Assembly (NCBI GenBank): GCA_964386905.1
Contig: CAYLUP010000004.1
Coordinates: 1-61,356 of the forward strand
From: an uncultured Candidatus Saccharibacteria bacterium
Lineage (GTDB): Bacteria > Patescibacteriota > Minisyncoccia > Phycocordibacterales > UBA6899
Direction of reading: 5' to 3'
Length of the DNA stretch: 61,356 nt
Of this stretch, positions 55,951-61,356 are shown one piece after another. The stretch's first letter is position 1; each line of letters starts with the position of its first letter. Position numbers and translations under genes: made by a program. The notes beneath the pieces are model-generated. The model was given only the letters and a program-made list of their open reading frames with translations, ran no database searches and had not been told where the DNA came from.

Positions 55951-57609
55951 ATGAGTATAGATCCTATTCAAGAACATCGAGAACGAGAAGCGGAGGATTT
56001 GGCAAAAATTCTTGCAGAACGATATGGTTTGGGGTATGTCAATTTGGGTGCAGTTATTATCAAAAACACTGCACTTCATATGATTGATGAAGAGGTTGCA
56101 CGAAGGGCACATATTGTTCTTTTTGATATTGATCGGCATACAGTAAAACTCGCCGTGCAAACTCCAAATAACCCTGAACTTCAGTCGATTGTTGATGGCC
56201 TCCGAGAACAATCACTAGAAGTTGAAATATATCTCGCTTCAGAGTTTAGTATTAAGAAAGCGCTTGATGTGTATAAGGAGACACAACACACAACAGTGAT
56301 GCAGGGAGGTGCTCTTGGTATTTCTGAAGAAACAGTGAAGAAGTACATGGCACAAACAAAGCAAATTAAAGATGTCACGCGTGTTATTGAAGAGGTGAAG
56401 CAGGAAAATAGCGCACATGCAACATCACAGATTGCAGAGATTGTGATGGGGTGCGCTGTTGGTCTTGGAATTTCTGATGTCCATATTGAACCAGAAGAGT
56501 TTGCTGTTCGTGTTCGGTATCGTCTTGATGGTGTGCTTTATTATGTGGCAAATATTAGTCATGAGGCGTATCGAAAAATGCTCGCACGTCTCAAGTTGAT
56601 GGCAGGGATTAAATTGAATGTTACTGCAGAAGCACAAGATGGACGCTTCACGATTAAAATGGCTGACGCCAATATTGAGGTACGTGTTTCCATTGTTCCA
56701 TCAGCATACAATCAGTCTGTTGTTATGCGTTTGTTAAACCCAAAATCTATCAGTGTACCACTCGAGGCTTTGGGTATGGATGAGGTGTTTTACTCCATTA
56801 TGATGGAGGAAATTAAAAAGCCAAATGGTATGTTGGTGACGACTGGTCCCACAGGATCAGGAAAAACGACAACATTGTATGCGACACTCAAGAAGCTCCT
56901 CACGCCAGAAATCAAAATAATCACTATCGAAGATCCAATCGAATATCATGTTGCCGGTATTGCACAAACGCAAATTGATCATAGTAAGGGATACGATTTT
57001 GCAGCAGGACTCCGTGCTGCTGTTCGTCAAGATCCTGACGTGGTGATGGTTGGAGAAATTCGCGACAATGAAACAGCGACGGTTGCTGTGGAGGCGGCAT
57101 TGACAGGACACCTTGTTCTTTCCACCCTCCACACAAATTCTGCAGCAGGTGCAATTCCTCGTTTTATTGATATTGGTGTGAATCCAAAAATTCTTCCATC
57201 GTCACTCAACTTTATGATTGGGCAGCGTTTGGTTCGTCGTTTGTGCCCGCAGTGCCGAGAGCAGTACGCTCCTGTGGGGTATGAAGCTGAGAGTATTTTG
57301 CGAGAACTTCCAGAAATCCAAAAGTATCGTCCAGGGCTAACGTATACTGGAGTCCTCTTCCGTCCAAAAGGGTGTGCTGCGTGCAATGATATTGGTTTTA
57401 AGGGGCGTGTGTCGATCTATGAGGGTATCCGTATGGATCGGGCGATTGAGAATATGATTGCGAATAATCCATCAGAAAGAGAAATTATTGAAGCGGCACG
57501 ACCACAGGGGCTCCTTTCTATGCGACAAGACGGTATTGTAAAAGCAATCAATGGAATAACCGCATTATCCGAAATTGCAGATGCGGTTGGATTAAGTGAT
57601 TCGCGATAA
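55951..57609 (+). CDS. pilB: GspE/PilB family type IV pilus assembly ATPase
   Basis: SDVHIEP, QDGRF, TGPTGSGKTTT, ITIEDPIEY, RQDPDVVMVGEIRD and CxxC...CxxC Zn motif. Start trimmed to 55951. Confidence 0.88.
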   Translation: MSIDPIQEHREREAEDLAKILAERYGLGYVNLGAVIIKNTALHMIDEEVARRAHIVLFDIDRHTVKLAVQTPNNPELQSIVDGLREQSLEVEIYLASEFSIKKALDVYKETQHTTVMQGGALGISEETVKKYMAQTKQIKDVTRVIEEVKQENSAHATSQIAEIVMGCAVGLGISDVHIEPEEFAVRVRYRLDGVLYYVANISHEAYRKMLARLKLMAGIKLNVTAEAQDGRFTIKMADANIEVRVSIVPSAYNQSVVMRLLNPKSISVPLEALGMDEVFYSIMMEEIKKPNGMLVTTGPTGSGKTTTLYATLKKLLTPEIKIITIEDPIEYHVAGIAQTQIDHSKGYDFAAGLRAAVRQDPDVVMVGEIRDNETATVAVEAALTGHLVLSTLHTNSAAGAIPRFIDIGVNPKILPSSLNFMIGQRLVRRLCPQCREQYAPVGYEAESILRELPEIQKYRPGLTYTGVLFRPKGCAACNDIGFKGRVSIYEGIRMDRAIENMIANNPSEREIIEAARPQGLLSMRQDGIVKAINGITALSEIADAVGLSDSR

Positions 57610-57670
57610 AAAACACATTATTTGATGTGTTTTTTTGTATAAAAAAAGCACGGACGAATCCGTGCTCTCG

Positions 57671-59056
57671 TTATGAACAGAGATACTCCATTGCATCAGC
57701 GACAGAGTATTGAGTTTTTCCTTGAAGGAGATGTGTAAGAAATGAACAGTCGCTTCCGAGGGTGAGAGCTGCAGGGCTTCCCTCGATTCCAAGTTCGCAT
57801 GCATTCAAGAGGGCATTGCATAAACAGACAACCCCCTCTGTTCGACTCTTGTCACCACCTTTTTTCTCAAATTTTAGTGAGGGTTCAGCGGGACACCGAT
57901 AAGAGAGAAAGTTTGCTCGAGTGAAGTATGGAGAAAGGAGTGCACCGATATTGCATTGAGGTGTTCGTGAAAGAATGTGCTTCTTTTCTGCTGTTGTTCC
58001 ATGTAGGGCCACAATACGAAATGGGAAACCCGTAGGTGATGCTTGTGTGTCTGCAACACCAAAGAGTCCTTGTGTTTTCCATTGCGTCAATGCTGCATGC
58101 TTTAGATCTTTTCGCAAACCGGATTCTTCTGCAAGCGCAAAAAGTGAACCAATTTGGACACCAGAGGCACCACATGCTTCCGCTTCTGTGCGTTTTTCTT
58201 TTGAGTGATATCCACCCGCGAGCCAAAAAGGGATTTCAAGTTCTCGAATACGTTCCATGTTTGCAGTGTCGCGTTCAGAATATATTGGTTCTCCGAGTTC
58301 GTTTATGGAATACTTTCCGCGAGGAGGAGCATTGTGTCCACCCGCAGAGAAGTGCTCAATAATCAAACCCTGAATATTTCCTTTCGTTTTCTTGAAGAGG
58401 ATGTGTGCGAGTGCGTCAGTGCTCACAATGGGGAGAAAATCTGGGCGTTTCGGAAACACGACAGTGCGCTTGAACATATGGTGTATATCGATTGCAGCGG
58501 TTATGCCTCCATGAGTACTATCTTCAATATGGAGCATGTGTTCAGCGCGACCTTCTGTGTACAAGGAATCGATGATTCCTGGTACTTGAGTTGGTATCCC
58601 GGCTCCTATGACAACCTCATCAACTCCTGCAAGCATTGCACCCGCGAGCGCATACAAAAACGGGAGTTGTACTTTTTCAAGATAGTTTATTGCTATCGGT
58701 TGAGCGTGTCCTTCTTTTGCTAGCCACACAAGGGCAAAATTTGCACACATAATGAGAGCACGATGTTCTTCAGAGTGATCAATCGTGGGGAAAGGGATGC
58801 GAAGAGGTGTGGTGTCTTCAGTGTTTTTTCGGAGGTACTTTTGGATCACCTGCTCTGCTATTTCAGGAACAGGGAAGTGGGATAGGGCGCGAACGACATC
58901 TCCTCCCGGATCCCCATTATGAAGAAGGCGTGCCAGGATGTGATCTGCGAGTGTTCCAGACACTGTTCCGATGCCACCTGCAAGAGAAACTGCCTTTGCG
59001 AGCCGTGGGGTAGATATATATACACCCATCCCGCCCTGTCGGATGACGCGTGTCAT
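57671..59056 (-). CDS. Nitronate monooxygenase / FabK-like FMN-dependent dioxygenase family
   Basis: IRQGGMGV, IGAGIP, AGGHN, FWLAGG and GVQIGSLFALAEESGL. ATG at 59056 with GGAG SD. Confidence 0.8.
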   Translation of the reverse strand: MTRVIRQGGMGVYISTPRLAKAVSLAGGIGTVSGTLADHILARLLHNGDPGGDVVRALSHFPVPEIAEQVIQKYLRKNTEDTTPLRIPFPTIDHSEEHRALIMCANFALVWLAKEGHAQPIAINYLEKVQLPFLYALAGAMLAGVDEVVIGAGIPTQVPGIIDSLYTEGRAEHMLHIEDSTHGGITAAIDIHHMFKRTVVFPKRPDFLPIVSTDALAHILFKKTKGNIQGLIIEHFSAGGHNAPPRGKYSINELGEPIYSERDTANMERIRELEIPFWLAGGYHSKEKRTEAEACGASGVQIGSLFALAEESGLRKDLKHAALTQWKTQGLFGVADTQASPTGFPFRIVALHGTTAEKKHILSRTPQCNIGALLSPYFTRANFLSYRCPAEPSLKFEKKGGDKSRTEGVVCLCNALLNACELGIEGSPAALTLGSDCSFLTHLLQGKTQYSVADAMEYLCS

Positions 59057-59170
59057 GAGTGTTCTCCAATGAACGATCTGAAGCAAGAATACGGGAAAGC
59101 ACAAAGAAAGCAAGAATATGGCCATAAAAATAGTATTGACTAATATGTAAAATATGGTATAATATACACC

Positions 59171-60802
59171 ATGCAAAAGATTCTCTTCATTATTCTCGGT
59201 TTCGCGATGTTTTCACCATTTTGGGCAAGTGCTGGAACTATTGCTCCATCAGTGGAAACAAAAATCGCAAAAAACATTACGCATAACAGTGCGGAGATTT
59301 ACGCGAGCGTGGCAGGTGGGTCTGCAGAAGATAATGGATACTGGTTTGAGTGGGGTGTTGTTGGTGTATATGATGATGTTGTCTTTCGTACACAGCGACG
59401 TACTATAAGCACAAATGCGAGTGTTCGAACAGTGAACGCCACTATTCGTGGGCTCGCTCCAAAAACACAATATTATTTCCGCATTGTTGCGGATAACCAA
59501 AAAAGTTCTGTTGCTGGAAATGTGGTATATTTCACCACGCGTGACCTCGAAGTTCCTGTTGCTCCCGTGGTATTGGTGACGACACGCCAAGCGACAACTG
59601 TTCGTGATGATACGGCGAAGGTGTTTGGATATGTCGCACCGCATGGTGGTTCCGCAGAATATTGGTTTGATTATGGAACAGACGATAAGCTCACAATGCA
59701 TTCAGGTGCACAACGTGTAAGTGGAAACGGTGTCGAAGTTAATGTAATACTTAAGGCATTGACTCCGGGGACAACCTATTATTACCGTATTGCTGCTGAG
59801 AACGATCGAGGTGTTACATATGGCGCAATAAAGAGTTTTAAGACTGCAGGAGAAAAGCCTGTTATTGAAGTTAAATCAACACAAAAAGTTACTCAACCTG
59901 CAAAGGCAACTGCAAGCTCGACACCACCAAAGACAACAAAAGAGTCTTCAGGATTTTCTTTCTTCGGAAAAGGTTCTGATTCCAAAGAAGAGCAAGTGGT
60001 GACACCAGGGAAGGGGAAAGCAAAAGATGATCTTACGGGTGCGGTGGGGAGCTCGGTACAGGGTGTTTCCGTTTCTGTAAAAACTCTCGCAAACCGTGAC
60101 TCAAAAGAGACTATTGAATACCGCATATCATATACATATAATCGCACAGAGTCTGCATCAAAAGCGGAATTGCGCGTTGTTGTACCACAGTCTCTTGTGT
60201 ACATTGGCGACACAACCGCAAATGAATTACTTGTTGCGGAAGCAACAAATGGTTCAAAGGTCTACATTCTCCCAATTGGTACTATTAAGAAAGGGGATAC
60301 ACGCACAATCAGTATTATGACCATGAATACTGGAGAGTCCTCACGGGCTCCAAAAGTTGATGCAAAACTCTTGTTTACAACAAAGGCTGGGAAAGTGATG
60401 ACAGCAAATGCACTTCTCGCATCAACAGGATCGTCTCAGGACGGCACAAAGGGCGTATTCCCTTCAACGCTTATTCTTTGGGTTGTTGTATTGAATCTGA
60501 TTGTCGCTGCGCTTATTTTTGCAGTGAAGGCAAAGGACTGGTACACACGCATGCAGGAGCAGAAGCGTGCTGATGATACAAAGAGTGCTGTAGCTGAAAA
60601 GCATATTGAAGATACACTTGCATTTCAGGCACAGGTTCCACTTCCAGCATTTGTGAGTGTCGCCTCACAGGGTGATGCAATGGTTGTCCCTAGTGTTCCA
60701 AAGAAGCCAAAGATTACTGACTTTACACCATCGGTGCGTATTCAAGATGTTGGTCTTCCTGGGATGGAAATTATTGAAGATACACAACCTCAGGTGCAAT
60801 AA
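59171..60802 (+). CDS. Surface protein with two fibronectin-III-like domains and a C-terminal TM segment
   Basis: WFEWG...GLAPKTQYYFRIVA and WFDYG...LTPGTTYYYRIAAEN repeats; signal peptide; TM segment LILWVVVLNLIVAALIFAV. Confidence 0.8.
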   Translation: MQKILFIILGFAMFSPFWASAGTIAPSVETKIAKNITHNSAEIYASVAGGSAEDNGYWFEWGVVGVYDDVVFRTQRRTISTNASVRTVNATIRGLAPKTQYYFRIVADNQKSSVAGNVVYFTTRDLEVPVAPVVLVTTRQATTVRDDTAKVFGYVAPHGGSAEYWFDYGTDDKLTMHSGAQRVSGNGVEVNVILKALTPGTTYYYRIAAENDRGVTYGAIKSFKTAGEKPVIEVKSTQKVTQPAKATASSTPPKTTKESSGFSFFGKGSDSKEEQVVTPGKGKAKDDLTGAVGSSVQGVSVSVKTLANRDSKETIEYRISYTYNRTESASKAELRVVVPQSLVYIGDTTANELLVAEATNGSKVYILPIGTIKKGDTRTISIMTMNTGESSRAPKVDAKLLFTTKAGKVMTANALLASTGSSQDGTKGVFPSTLILWVVVLNLIVAALIFAVKAKDWYTRMQEQKRADDTKSAVAEKHIEDTLAFQAQVPLPAFVSVASQGDAMVVPSVPKKPKITDFTPSVRIQDVGLPGMEIIEDTQPQVQ

Positions 60803-60809
60803 TATACAC

Positions 60810-60835
60810 AAAAACCCGCTTCGTGCGGGTTTTTG
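60810..60835. terminator. Bidirectional terminator
   Basis: AAAAACCCGC-TTCGT-GCGGGTTTTT between convergent genes. Confidence 0.75.
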
Positions 60836-60836
60836 T

Positions 60837-61340
60837 TTAATTCAGGAGTGTGATTTCGCGCGTTGTGTCGTTTATAAAAGTAAATTGTATGCGACGAATA
60901 TTTTTCGGTGTGTGCTCTCCGAGCATTTCTGGCCATTCGATAAAGATAATATTTCTTCCATCATGAAGAAGATCGGGTAGACGGAGGACATCTGCCTCAC
61001 GGTCGTCTTCCATGCGATACGCGTCGATATGGATAAGCTCATGGAAATGTGGATGAGCGCGAAGGTCTTTGGCCCCCTCAAGAGTTTCGAGTGGAGTGTC
61101 TTCACGAGGAAGTGTGTAGGATTTTGTAATAATGAATGTAGGTGATGAGATGGTTTCAGAAATACCAAGGTGTTTCGCGACGCTTTTTACAAAAGCAGTT
61201 TTTCCTGAGCCAAGATCTCCTGTGAGTCCAAATACTGTCGCGGTTGTGTCTGTTGCGTCAACAAATGGGAGAAACTCATGTTCAACAAAGTTGTCTAATG
61301 CTTCAAGAGAAGAAATGGTGTATGTGTGTCCTATAATCAT
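60837..61340 (-). CDS. tsaE: tRNA threonylcarbamoyladenosine biosynthesis ATPase TsaE
   Basis: LTGDLGSGKT, ISSPTF, HIDAYR and FIEWPE. Confidence 0.95.
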   Translation of the reverse strand: MIIGHTYTISSLEALDNFVEHEFLPFVDATDTTATVFGLTGDLGSGKTAFVKSVAKHLGISETISSPTFIITKSYTLPREDTPLETLEGAKDLRAHPHFHELIHIDAYRMEDDREADVLRLPDLLHDGRNIIFIEWPEMLGEHTPKNIRRIQFTFINDTTREITLLN

Positions 61341-61356
61341 AAAGAAAGAGTACCAT

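Noticed and set aside
1-61356. Alternative genetic code (UGA=Gly, code 25)
   Set aside because: Conserved genes are full length under code 11 and TGA ends genes at expected positions (e.g. rsmA at 22195).

Overview
A 61 kb chromosomal segment that looks like a Patescibacteria (CPR, Parcubacteria-like) genome, using genetic code 11 and containing the replication-origin neighbourhood. Core genes include nth, cca, xth, xerC/D, rpsO, pnp, comM, pcrA, rsmA, jag, yidC, rpmH, rnpA, yidD, dnaA, dnaN, a class A PBP, tyrS, yebC, ruvC, ruvB, pilB/gspE and tsaE. There are four tRNAs: Gly-TCC, Pro-TGG, Gly-GCC and Arg-TCG. A ~20 kb cell-envelope/T4SS-like locus (22-42 kb) carries VirB6-like, PrgI, VirB4 and pilin-M15 peptidase genes, and several orphan genes are scattered through the window. 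The most unusual signal is non-coding. Three tRNA genes are each followed by ~195-210 bp structured units built from direct AND inverted copies of their own 3' end. The Gly-TCC and Arg-TCG units share an identical core. Other non-coding signals are a dense array of ~10 parS-like palindromes, a modular DnaA-box cluster ~39 kb from dnaA, a 98-bp tandem duplication that creates a tRNA-Pro 5' half with an altered anticodon loop, a 158-nt rod-like ncRNA candidate between ruvC and ruvB, and a split between apparently leaderless core genes and Shine-Dalgarno-led accessory genes. No CRISPR array, transposase, reverse transcriptase or phage structural gene was recognised. All family calls come from motif recognition by eye; no database search was run.
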